From Planktothrix sp. GU0601_MAG3 (GTDB lineage Bacteria > Cyanobacteriota > Cyanobacteriia > Cyanobacteriales > Microcoleaceae): a DNA stretch of 64,000 nucleotides. The DNA lies in assembly GCA_035193785.1 (NCBI GenBank), contig CP136572.1, positions 4,244,578-4,308,577 of the forward strand, read 5' to 3'. Shown here piece by piece: positions 45,409-55,132 of the stretch (the first letter of the stretch is position 1; each line of letters begins with the position of its first letter). Below the pieces are notes generated by a model. That model saw only the letters and a program-made list of their open reading frames with translations. It was not told the origin of the DNA and did not search any database. Position numbers and translations under genes: made by a program.

Positions 45409-45612
45409 ATGGCACAACGGACTTGGTTAGGAGATTTACTAAGACCTTTAAATTCCGAGTATGGTAAAGTTTCTCCTGGTTGGGGAACAACCTCTTTAAT
45501 GGCAGTGTTTATGGGTCTGTTTTTCGTGTTTCTGTTAATTATTTTACAGATTTATAATTCCTCACTGCTTCTGGAAAATGTGGATGTGAACTGGGCTAAT
45601 TTAACCCGCTAA
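45409..45612 (+). CDS. psbH: Photosystem II protein H
   Basis: [17 protein letters not shown]. Confidence 0.98.
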   Translation: MAQRTWLGDLLRPLNSEYGKVSPGWGTTSLMAVFMGLFFVFLLIILQIYNSSLLLENVDVNWANLTR

Positions 45613-45800
45613 TCAAGTTTAAAATCCGGTTAATCGTGAACTGTGAGGCGCAATTTAGGAAACAGGTTTTGAGTATAATAATTTAACAATACTTAACCTA
45701 AATTCTGTATTGCTACTTCTGGAAAGTTAAAAATCACAGTTCACGGTTTTCTATTGATAACAATTATCGATTATTTTTTGTAACTTAGGAGACTATTTTA

Positions 45801-46061
45801 GTGAATATATTTGGCATTGGTTTACCCGAAATGGCAGTAATTTTGGTGCTGGCACTTTTGATTTTTGGCCCGAAAAAATTACCGGAAATTGGCAGTAGTT
45901 TAGGGAAAGCCCTGAAAGGGTTTCAACAGGCTTCTAAAGAGTTTGAAGATGAATTTAAAAAAGAAGCTCAAAAGTTAGAAGAAACCGCTAAAATCAAGCC
46001 GGAAAATAACTCAATTGTAGCATCTACCCCAACAGAAAATTCAGTTAATACCCGGGAATAG
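45801..46061 (+). CDS. tatA: Twin-arginine translocase TatA/E
   Basis: FGIGLPEM...FGPKKLPE. Confidence 0.94.
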   Translation: MNIFGIGLPEMAVILVLALLIFGPKKLPEIGSSLGKALKGFQQASKEFEDEFKKEAQKLEETAKIKPENNSIVASTPTENSVNTRE

Positions 46062-46110
46062 TTAATCAATAAAAATAGATAAATCAACGTTATTTAGTTC
46101 CATCAACGAT

Positions 46111-46756
46111 ATGATCATGGAGGTTACGCCTACTAAAACCTTAATTATTCCTCAATTAATAGTAGGTTTAGGAAATCCCGAAAACAAATATGAGCAAACC
46201 CGACACAATATTGGTTTTGAAGCTATTGATGCTTTAGCAAAGGCTTGGCGAATTCCAATTTCCGAAAATCGCAAATTTAAAGGTAAATTTGGGGAAGGGG
46301 TGACATCTTCTGGCGAAAAAATTAGACTATTAAAGCCTCTGACCTATATGAATTTGTCAGGACAGGCGATTCGTGCGGTGGTGGATTGGTATAAACTGCC
46401 GCCCACATCCGTATTAGTAATTTATGATGATATGGACTTACCATTAGGACGGTTGCGACTGCGGTTGTCCGGTTCCGCCGGAGGTCATAATGGGATGAAA
46501 TCTACCATTTCCCATTTAGGAAACCCAAAATTTTCCTCGGTTGCGAATTGGTATTGGTAAACCTAAGTCAATGTCTGGAACAATGGAACGGGAAACGGTT
46601 TCCTATGTGCTGGGAAAATTTTCCTCACCGGAAATGCAAGTCATGGAACAAGTTCTCAAATGGGCGGGGGAAGCCATTGATTTAAGTTTGCATCAAGGTG
46701 TGGAAAAAGCCATGAGTCTATACAATAATCGGAGTATTGTTGATAATCCAGAGTGA
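46111..46756 (+). CDS. pth: Peptidyl-tRNA hydrolase; apparent frameshift at 46520
   Basis: VGLGNP, TRHNIGF, KPLTYMNLSG, GGHNG, RLRIGIG. Confidence 0.96.
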
Positions 46757-47019
46757 GTTCTAAAAGTTTACCTGAAACAACGGCGTATGTGCGAATTACG
46801 CGACAATCTTGGCACCAGGGTCTACTCGAAGGAGAGGTGAGTGCTGGGGATTATGAGTGGCGATTTCAGTGGCGATTTCGACATACAAAAAAACTCACAA
46901 TTCAACCGTCCCAAGGACGAGCTTTAATTCAAGAACCTTTGGGACGGTTTTTAGAAAAGTATGATTATCAATTAGAACCCGGTGGGGATTATTCTTTTAC
47001 TGTTCGCGCTCAATTTTAG
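46753..47019 (+). CDS. DUF3146-family protein
   Basis: LPETTAYVRI...YQLEPGGDYSF; follows pth. Confidence 0.8.
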   Translation: MSSKSLPETTAYVRITRQSWHQGLLEGEVSAGDYEWRFQWRFRHTKKLTIQPSQGRALIQEPLGRFLEKYDYQLEPGGDYSFTVRAQF

Positions 47020-47165
47020 CATTACCAATTTCTAATAGACTCGGCGATTAAAATCGCAGCTACACAAACAAAGTCCGCCTACGCGGACTAATTTTAATCA
47101 AAATTCACCAGTATTGTCTCAAGTTAATTCTATAATTTAGGAAGCATTTTTTGAGTTGGTTTGCG

Positions 47166-48233
47166 TCAATTATCTTGCACTTTATTTTCTGGTTTAGGAG
47201 TTGGCGCTATGGATGGATTTGCCCAGTTTTGAAAGCCTCGGAAGATATCAGTATAGCTGATGATTCCGTCCAAAGTAAATTGACCACTATTAGGGTCTTT
47301 TGTGCAAACTACAAGAGCAGTAGGTCTATCTTTAGGATTAGGTGGAACAAATGTTTCAATCACTTTAGAGGTACGATCTTCAGGACTTACACGATTTCCC
47401 TCATTTAGCCGAAGCATAATATCTTTCAACGGCAATTTTGCGAATGATGTACCCAATGTTGGGTGCAAGAAAGTATTAACAATTACATCATCAACTATTC
47501 CTGTTACAAATTTACCATCTGATGTTGTGATAGGAATATGAGTGAAGGAATTTGCATTTCCCTGCAAAATTCCTCTCGCTTCAAGCAAATTGTTATTTTC
47601 GGTTAAGAGAGTAAGCTTACTTGCTATCTTATATATGCCATTATGCGATATGGTTGCGTTTAAGAACTCTTTATTATGTTCTCGATCATTGATTTTACGC
47701 AATACATCTGTATAAGATATTTGTCCTACAATACGCTGCTTGGTTCCATATACAAATAAAGTCCGATATCGCAGAGTAAAATTTTGTCCATCAGGTTGGA
47801 AACGGTTGATTAAACCGTTAAATACATCACCAACTTCACTATTTTTAAGAGCAAGAGTCTGAACGGGAATACTCATAAGTTTTACAAACTCTGGAATTTC
47901 ATCAATACGTTTGGCAAAAATATCTTTTGTAAATTTTTCTACTGCTGATTGTTGGCTAGGCGTAAGAGGAAACTTAATCGGATACTGGTTATTAGGAGGA
48001 GTTAAAATTTTCACTAAATCTGTCTTGCTAATGACAGCTTTTAGCTCTCCTATTGGTTGATCACTTTCAGGCTCGGTAGGAGCAATAATAGGAATATGCC
48101 TGACATTAAAGATATCCATCATTGCATCTAATTCGGCTACTGTGTCAGTTGGTTTTAGCCAGTGTACTGGTCTATCTTCTCCGAGTTCAGAAAATTCATC
48201 CTTAATAGGTGTATTCGGGTTCTTTATAGACAT
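47166..48233 (-). CDS. CBS-domain protein (four CBS motifs), paralog B
   Basis: PTDTVAELDAMMDIFNVRHIPII; IVGQISYTDVL; FTHIPIT..GKFVTGIV; LDGIISYTDIF; GGAGG RBS before ATG 48233. Confidence 0.8.
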   Translation of the reverse strand: MSIKNPNTPIKDEFSELGEDRPVHWLKPTDTVAELDAMMDIFNVRHIPIIAPTEPESDQPIGELKAVISKTDLVKILTPPNNQYPIKFPLTPSQQSAVEKFTKDIFAKRIDEIPEFVKLMSIPVQTLALKNSEVGDVFNGLINRFQPDGQNFTLRYRTLFVYGTKQRIVGQISYTDVLRKINDREHNKEFLNATISHNGIYKIASKLTLLTENNNLLEARGILQGNANSFTHIPITTSDGKFVTGIVDDVIVNTFLHPTLGTSFAKLPLKDIMLRLNEGNRVSPEDRTSKVIETFVPPNPKDRPTALVVCTKDPNSGQFTLDGIISYTDIFRGFQNWANPSIAPTPKPENKVQDN

Positions 48234-48255
48234 GATAAAAATCCTCCATTGTTGT

Positions 48256-49338
48256 TTAATTTTGACGGTAAACTTGTACGCGGAATTGTAAAATATCAAT
48301 TGGCGTTACTACCTTTTTCGGGCAAATTTTTCCTGCCAATTGTTCAATAATAACTACTTCCTTAAATGCCAAATTTAAGCAAGCATTAATACACTCTTGC
48401 AACGGTTGACTTTTATCGACCAAACATAATTTAGTTAAAGGTTTCATTATTTCCGATAAAGATATACCCATTAAACTAAAATACATGGGATGAGTCAGTG
48501 TTGTCACCTGCTTTTTATCAACCATTCCTAGCAAATTGCCATCTTTATCGCAGATAGTTATATGCTCTATCGGCAAATATTTCATCGCAAATCGAGCTTG
48601 AGCTAGGGTATCTGATGGTAGTAGAGTATATGGTTGTTCCATACCACTCACTTCCGGTAACGCTAAAAAGCGTTCGGCTTTCAATTGACAAAATTTTTGA
48701 TTAGATTTAATGTGACTTAAGATGCTTTCGGGAGAAGCTACGCCATAAACTGTTTCGTCCTCATTGATAATAGGTAAAACTCTGATTGCTGAAGTTGATT
48801 TATAGGATTCGACTAATTTATCCATCGCATAAATTAACCTCTGATTTTTAGATGTATAAGGCTTAATTTTTTCTAGTTTAAATACTTCTATTATCGGCTT
48901 TTTTAAACTATCAACCAAGTCCTCATTTAATTGTTTGCGAAGTTTAGGGGTTTTAATTCTAAACTTAACAGGTACATCTAAAACTGGCGGTGGTAATGAT
49001 TGTAAAATTGATAAGTCAGTTAGGATGCCGACAAATTTTTTATCCCCATCTACAATAACAATTTCACTCGCATTTTGCACAGTAACTAAAGCTAATGCTT
49101 CTGCTACTGTATCTGTGTCTTTCAAGATACAAAAGTCATGCGTTATAACTTTTGTATCTTCTATACTAACTGCATCGCTATTTTCCATATTTACATTGAT
49201 TTCAAGAGTTGATTCGATAGTTTGAGACTCCGACTTACTTTTGTTTTCTAGGTTAGAATTTTCTGTTTGTATTTCTGATAAAAAATCATCAACCCAAATA
49301 ACAACTTGGCCAAAAATTGACTTAAATTGTTCAAACAT
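48256..49338 (-). CDS. CBS-domain protein (four CBS motifs), paralog A
   Basis: DTDTVAEAL...VIVDGDKKFVGILT; LPIINEDETVYGV; PSDTLAQA..CDKDGNLLGMV; VVTPIDIL. Confidence 0.82.
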   Translation of the reverse strand: MFEQFKSIFGQVVIWVDDFLSEIQTENSNLENKSKSESQTIESTLEINVNMENSDAVSIEDTKVITHDFCILKDTDTVAEALALVTVQNASEIVIVDGDKKFVGILTDLSILQSLPPPVLDVPVKFRIKTPKLRKQLNEDLVDSLKKPIIEVFKLEKIKPYTSKNQRLIYAMDKLVESYKSTSAIRVLPIINEDETVYGVASPESILSHIKSNQKFCQLKAERFLALPEVSGMEQPYTLLPSDTLAQARFAMKYLPIEHITICDKDGNLLGMVDKKQVTTLTHPMYFSLMGISLSEIMKPLTKLCLVDKSQPLQECINACLNLAFKEVVIIEQLAGKICPKKVVTPIDILQFRVQVYRQN

Positions 49339-50763
49339 TACATATAAGTTACAGATTGAGATAGTTTTTGAATCACTTTCCAGTCATCACTATTTGTGAT
49401 TTTGCCATCCTTATAGTAGGTAACTATAAAGTCTATTAAATTTCGATCTTCTAAGAATTGTGCAAATATTGGATATTCCTGCTTAGAATTGAATAAATTA
49501 TCTATGCCATTATCTATGTCATTATCTGTTCCACCTTTACTTTTCCAAGCCGTGTATATTTGATCCATAAGTTTATGATTGTTAGCTAAACGATCATAAA
49601 ACTCAGGAAAATTTAACTGGAGTAAAATTATTTTGCAAAATTTATACTTGTTATCTGTATTCCAGTCTATTTTTTGCTTTTCAATTATGCTTTTCTCCTC
49701 GGTGGTTAATTGTTTTTCCTCCAGCTTATTGGTAAGGGTAGAGTTGTGTTTTTTCACAATTTCTTGAATCATGTAAAAAGCTGTAATAAATTGCTGCATT
49801 TTACGGATATTTGAATTAGTAGCTTTAGCAACCATTCCCCATATTTGATCAGCATTATTATACTCGAAAGTTAAATCACCTTGAAGCAGTCTCTTTTTAA
49901 CTTCCTCTTGATCTTTATCAGAGAGAAAAAAGTTAAGATTGATGATTTTTTCTATATATTCTCTCCCAGTAATACCAAGCTCTTTAGGGTATCTTTGTCC
50001 CACCGCCTGCTCAATAATTCTTTTATCAATTCCAATGACAAAAATACAGTTAGACTGATCTAAATGTAATTTCAAGCATTCGAGGACAGATAAAGCATTT
50101 TCTGGTAAGCAACGATCCAAATCATCAATAAATATCATCAATCGGCCATTGTTACCCACATAACTTTCTACTGCTTTTCCAAAGACATTTTCAAAGTCAT
50201 TGATAAATTGATAAGGATTAATGAGGTGAGGGTTTTCACCATGATTAACTAACATTGCAAGTTGTTTAGCTATGGCTTCGGCATTAATAAAACCTGCTGT
50301 TGCACCATTAACATATCCTCCCGCTAAAACACCAGCTAATTTAAAAGCGCAAACTGAATAAGTTAAAGCGGCTTTTGTAATAGTTTGACGCTCTTTTGGA
50401 GAAATATTTTCATCTGCACATATTTGACTAAGAATAGTCTGGATCAGAGCATTTTTAATATCCAGTTTATCGTCATATTTCCAAGCATTAAACCAAACGG
50501 TTTTATATTTTTGGTTCTGAGTTGCTAATTTTTCAAAATCCCCTTTCATCCGCGCCATAAGGCTGGTTTTTCCGCTCCCCCAAGAACCAAAAATACCAAT
50601 GGTAAAAGCACCTTCTTTATGATCTTCACTTTGTCTCGAAAGTGGTTTCTGTAGCCTTGATAGCCATATTACACAGTAATTCAGCGTAAATATCATAATT
50701 AAGCTGACTGCTACTTCCTGGGCCACCGCGAATGATATTTCTATCGGCTTGATTAAAAGACAT
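49338..50763 (-). CDS. KAP-family P-loop NTPase; true start probably 50763 with apparent frameshift at 50645
   Basis: Walker A GSWGSGKTS, WFNAWKY, Walker B IFIDDLDRC, YIEKII; upstream frame MSFNQADRNI...LNYDIYAELL resembles KAP N-termini. Confidence 0.88.
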
Positions 50764-50789
50764 AACTTGTTTACGCCTTGATTTATTAA

Positions 50790-51377
50790 TTAGGACTTAG
50801 TGGACTTTTTTAGTTCTGACAAAACTTCTTTAATTCCTGATGTAACTGCCTCTTTAGACATAAACCCGTTGATGGTTTCTAGCAACAACCACTCACTATA
50901 TAAGTTGATTAAAGGTGCAGTTTCTTCCTGAAAAATTTGGAGCCGCCGACGAATAACTTCTGGAGTATCATCTGTACGATTTTCTTTAATTGCCCTCTTT
51001 CTCAGTCGCTGAATTAAAACTGAGTCTGGTACGTCAAAGTTGATGACACAATCACAACCTGCCTGATCTAAATCCCTTAATAATTTATCTAACGCCCCTA
51101 CTTGAGCGACATTCCGAGGAAATCCGTCTAATATCCAACCTGTTTTTGCTTCTTTTTTCGTCAATTGTTCTCTGACAATATCGAGCACAATGCTATCAGG
51201 AACTAATGCCCCTTTATCTATATAAGATTGTGCTTTTTGGCCTATCTCTGTTTTCGCCTTTCGCTCCTCGCGCAGTAGTTCGCCCGTTGAGATATGATGA
51301 ATTCCGAAGTCCTTGGCTACGATCGCAGCTTGAGTGCCTTTACCTGCCCCATTCGGGCCTAAAAATATAATTCGCAT
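50790..51377 (-). CDS. adk: Adenylate kinase (short-LID type), accessory copy
   Basis: GPNGAGKGTQ, HISTGELLR, LVPD, ILDGFPR, R.DD. Confidence 0.92.
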   Translation of the reverse strand: MRIIFLGPNGAGKGTQAAIVAKDFGIHHISTGELLREERKAKTEIGQKAQSYIDKGALVPDSIVLDIVREQLTKKEAKTGWILDGFPRNVAQVGALDKLLRDLDQAGCDCVINFDVPDSVLIQRLRKRAIKENRTDDTPEVIRRRLQIFQEETAPLINLYSEWLLLETINGFMSKEAVTSGIKEVLSELKKSTKS

Positions 51378-51480
51378 ACTTTTTATGATTCAACAGTTGG
51401 TCGCTTTTCTCTCCGTATCCTAAACGATCGCTCCAAAACTGAAAAGCGGAAAAAGACGGATCTTTTTAACTTTTAGTTAC

Positions 51481-51520
51481 AAGTCGGATCGAGACGGATA
51501 AAGTCGGATAAAGTCGGATA
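51481..51520 (+). repeat. 10-bp tandem repeat (aagtcggata)
   Basis: Four degenerate units, plus related agcgga/gacggat at 51445-51461. Confidence 0.75.
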
Positions 51521-51552
51521 TAATAACTTCAGTTCTCTCACATACCTGGCTG

Positions 51553-52050
51553 ATGGACATTCGCGAAGTATTGCAATTTGTAGAAGAAGTTGTTTATGCT
51601 AAGACAGGCCAACATCTAAATGACTTGCAGCGGCGCATTATCGAGGGAACACTGAAACGACAGAAATATATGGACATTGCAGAAAATTATGGTTGTTCTT
51701 TCGGTCATGCTAAGGATGTAGGTTACGAGCTTTTACAAATGTTATCAGATGTCTTTGATGAACCTGTTGATAAATATAATCTTAAATCTGTCCTAGAACG
51801 ACAGGGCAATTTGAATATTAATTTTGGTAATAGTAACATTATGGGTTACATTAATATTTGCTTTGATCGCCCCGCAGCTACCCCAGATAAAAGTCAGCCT
51901 GTAACTCCCGACTTCCAGCAAGGTAAGTATCAAACTAAGATTGAAACAGTTGGTAAGTTACGGCAATTTGGCTTGAGCGATGAGCAAATTGCAGAATTTC
52001 TAGGGTTAAGATTAGATGAAGTTAAGCAGGTAGACTCTGATTTTTATTAA
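51553..52050 (+). CDS. Stand-alone cyanobacterial HTH protein
   Basis: TGQHLNDLQ..I.GT....Y..IAE...S.GH.KDVG..L...LS pattern, as seen at N-termini of cyanobacterial NB-ARC/AAA proteins; C-terminal GLSDEQIAE.LGL HTH. Confidence 0.7.
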   Translation: MDIREVLQFVEEVVYAKTGQHLNDLQRRIIEGTLKRQKYMDIAENYGCSFGHAKDVGYELLQMLSDVFDEPVDKYNLKSVLERQGNLNINFGNSNIMGYINICFDRPAATPDKSQPVTPDFQQGKYQTKIETVGKLRQFGLSDEQIAEFLGLRLDEVKQVDSDFY

Positions 52051-52340
52051 TATATTATTATTATTCTATTTATGGAAACTATGGGAAATTTAAGCATATT
52101 GAAATTGCCGACAAGCAAATAAAACTGGGAAAACATACGATTGATGTTTCTGCTGAGTTAACACCAAAAAATGGTGATCATAAAGTAAGTTTATTAATTC
52201 CGGTAAAAACCAGAGAAACAGAAGGGGGCGGTCATTCTCATCTATTTACTCGTGACCTTGTTACTGCTATTAGCGATCTTAAGAAGGGAATCAATAACTA
52301 CCAGATCTGTAGGATTGATGAGTTGAATTTACAGGTAACG
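52041..52340 (+). pseudogene. Start-less open frame, possible nuclease gene remnant
   Basis: Open frame YGNYGKFKHIEIADKQIKLGKHTIDVSAELTPKNGDHKVSLLIPVKTRETEGGGHSHLFTRD running into the IS left end. Confidence 0.35.
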
Positions 52341-52341
52341 A

Positions 52342-53686
52342 CCGAGAAAGCCCACGAATTAAGGCGTTGGGATGAATCGGACTGTCTCTTTAGGGGCAGT
52401 CAAGATTAATTAATTAATTAACTAATTGTATGTTATACTATTAATACTAACACCAAAAAATAAATGCTGGTACTAGAAGTAAAGTTAAGCGGAAAAAATT
52501 GGCAGTATGAAGCACTGGATGAAGCTATTCGTACTACTAATTTTGTTCGTAATAAGGCTTTAAGGTACTGGATGGACAATCGCGGTGTTAGCAAAAACGA
52601 TCTGCAAAAACTTTGTGCCACTTTAGCTAAGGAATTTGAGTGGGCTAAAAAACTTAATTCTCAAGCTAGACAAGCTGCTGCTGATCGAGCTTGGATGGGA
52701 ATTTCTCGGTTTTATCAAAACTGTCAAAAACAGAAACCCAAGAAAGGCTACCCAAAATTCAAAAAAAGAGGCAGATCAGTTGAGTATAAACAAACAGGTT
52801 GGTCTCTTTCAGCCGAGCGAAAAAAAATCACATTTACTGATGGCTTTCAAGCCGGAACTTTCAAATTAATCGGTACTCGTGATCTAAATTTCTATCAGCT
52901 TGAGCAAATCAAACGGATTAGGGTTGTTAAAAGAGCCGATGGGTATTACTGTCAATTCTTAATTAAGGTAGATCGTTCCGAGCCACAAGCACCTACGGGT
53001 AAAGCAGTTGGAATTGATTTAGGAATTGAAAGTTTCTACACTGATTCCGAAGCAAATCAAATCGAAAATCCCAGATTCTTGAGAAAGTCAGAGCAGTCCT
53101 TAAAAAGACTACAACGACAAGTTTCTCGAAAAAAGAAAGGCTCTAACAACCGCCAGAAAGCCATTAATAAGATGGCGAGAAAACACCTTCATGTCAGTAG
53201 GCAACGTCGAGAATTTGCAGTCAAAATTGCACGGCGTTTAGTAACATCTAGCGATGTGATTGTCTATGAAGATTTAAAAGTGTGTAATTTAGTTAAGAAT
53301 CATAAACTGGCTAAATCAATCTCAGATGCAGCGTGGTCAATGTTCACAGATTGGGTAGATTATTTTGCGAAAATACATGGAGTTCATGTATTTGCAGTAG
53401 CACCCCATTTCACATCTCAGGATTGTCATCAATGTGGTAAGAGAGTAGAAAAATCTTTATCAACTCGTACTCATAAATGTCCTAATTGTGGATTAGTTGA
53501 ACATCGAGATTTAAACGCGGCAAAAAATATTTTAGCAAGAGGATTAGGATTAAAAAATACGGTGGGGCACACCGAAATTTCTACGCTTGAGGAGACTGAA
53601 CCTCTGGCTAGTTCTGAGCAATCAGAATTGGTTAAGTGCGGTCATTGATTCAAGAATCCCATCGCCTTTAGGCATGGGAGTGTCAA
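52342..53686 (+). mobile_element. IS200/IS605-family (IS1341-like, tnpB-only) element
   Basis: Left-end hairpin gagaaagcccacg...gttgggatgaatcg; right end caagaatcccat...atgggagtgTCAA. Confidence 0.85.
52464..53648 (+). CDS. tnpB: RNA-guided endonuclease TnpB (intact)
   Basis: RuvC GIDLG / YEDL / RDLNAAKNI; Zn finger CHQC..CPNC. Confidence 0.93.
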   Translation: MLVLEVKLSGKNWQYEALDEAIRTTNFVRNKALRYWMDNRGVSKNDLQKLCATLAKEFEWAKKLNSQARQAAADRAWMGISRFYQNCQKQKPKKGYPKFKKRGRSVEYKQTGWSLSAERKKITFTDGFQAGTFKLIGTRDLNFYQLEQIKRIRVVKRADGYYCQFLIKVDRSEPQAPTGKAVGIDLGIESFYTDSEANQIENPRFLRKSEQSLKRLQRQVSRKKKGSNNRQKAINKMARKHLHVSRQRREFAVKIARRLVTSSDVIVYEDLKVCNLVKNHKLAKSISDAAWSMFTDWVDYFAKIHGVHVFAVAPHFTSQDCHQCGKRVEKSLSTRTHKCPNCGLVEHRDLNAAKNILARGLGLKNTVGHTEISTLEETEPLASSEQSELVKCGH

Positions 53687-53728
53687 AGCTTAATATATTT
53701 AATTTACTTTCCTAGCCGCTTGTAATTG

Positions 53729-54305
53729 CTATGAAAGAAAAACAGATGATTTCAAAATAATACAATGACGGCCCGGACGTTGAATTAATTCATCCTGTTC
53801 AAGTTTAATCATCATGCGGGTGACACTTACCCTGGTCATCCCAATTAAATTAGAAATATCAGCATGGGTTAAACGTAAATCAATTAATAATCCTTCGGGT
53901 GTCAAACGACCAAATTTTTTTCCCAGCCATTTTAAACAATTCAATAAACGCTGTTTCTGTTCCTTGGATGTGGAGAATACTTTGTAGTTCTTCTGTTTGG
54001 CGCAGATGGGTTAAAATTTTATCCTGATAATCTGACCAATGAGTTGAGGGGATAACGCTAACTTCAACGGAGCTAACACATTCAATTTGATAGGGGTCAA
54101 GTTGAGATAGGGGTCTACCGACAATATCATTATGTCCCCAATATCCTAAACTAATTAGAGTTCCGTCTTCCTTCCAGGTGAGGGTACGCACGACACCTCT
54201 TTCAATTTTCCACAGGGTATTAGGCCAGAGGGGGATTTGTTCCCTGGGGTTAAAGGTAAGGGGTCTGGAGGTTAAGGTAGGATTAACAAGGGTTGAAATA
54301 TTCAC
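53729..54305 (-). CDS. Crp/Fnr-family regulator; apparent frameshift at 53953
   Basis: LWKIERGVVRTLTW..DG; HTH LTHADIS.LIG.TRVSVTR. Confidence 0.88.
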
Positions 54306-54479
54306 GGGAAGTTCCTTGAATGCTTACTCCTAACCTAAAGGCTTGAGGTTAAATTCAGATTCAGTCTCGGTTAAAGTTCTCTGACATTTCAAAAATAGGA
54401 CTAGAATGAAATAGAATCTGACGGTCTAAAAAATAATCGAGGACAATCCAATACATTTATTAACTATCAATTTGATATA

Positions 54480-55052
54480 ATGTTAGAGTTATCTGCCCTA
54501 GGACTATTACAACAAGAACCTTTACATGGCTACCGACTCAAACAACGGCTGGAGTTGTTTCTTAGTAGTGCTATGAGCGTTAACTATGGAGCGATTTATC
54601 CCTTGCTCAAACGTTTAGAAGAACGGGGTCAGGTTCAGGTGTTGTTGGAGGAGTCTGGGGACGCAGGAGCGAGTCGCAGAATTTATGCCGTAACTGAGGC
54701 TGGATGCGATCACTGGCGGGAAAAAATGTTGGAACATCCGCAAGAAAGCTGGGTTAAAAGTCGCGCTCGATTTTTAGTTAAGTATTTCTTTTTCGGAAGT
54801 TTAGAACCCGGGGAACGAGTCCAACTGATTGAGAGCCGTTTAAGGGTTTGTCATCAGCGACAAACTTATTTGAATAGTCAAGAAATGGGAAAGTTGGTAG
54901 CGGACTCTTTTCAAGTAGCCACTTGGGAACGGGCTCGGTTCATGCTGAAGTCCGAAATGGATTGGCTTCAGGAATGTTTAGAAAAAGAACAATCTGGTGC
55001 TTTGACATCTACCTCCAGAAAGGTGTTAACTGAGTTTAATGTTATATTGTAA
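54480..55052 (+). CDS. PadR-family transcriptional regulator
   Basis: PLHGYRL, GAIYPLLKRLE, RRIYAVTEAG. Confidence 0.92.
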   Translation: MLELSALGLLQQEPLHGYRLKQRLELFLSSAMSVNYGAIYPLLKRLEERGQVQVLLEESGDAGASRRIYAVTEAGCDHWREKMLEHPQESWVKSRARFLVKYFFFGSLEPGERVQLIESRLRVCHQRQTYLNSQEMGKLVADSFQVATWERARFMLKSEMDWLQECLEKEQSGALTSTSRKVLTEFNVIL

Positions 55053-55132
55053 GTTGAGACTTTCACTCTGATTTTATCTGAATTCAATTATCATTTTTCT
55101 CCGTAAAAAACAACCTCAATCTTGGCTAAACA

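Noticed and set aside
50627..50726. ORF-track N-terminus of the KAP NTPase (MAQEVAVSLIMIF..., apparent TM helix)
   Set aside because: Likely the wrong frame upstream of the GTTTC insertion; the frame from ATG 50763 gives a KAP-like N-terminus.
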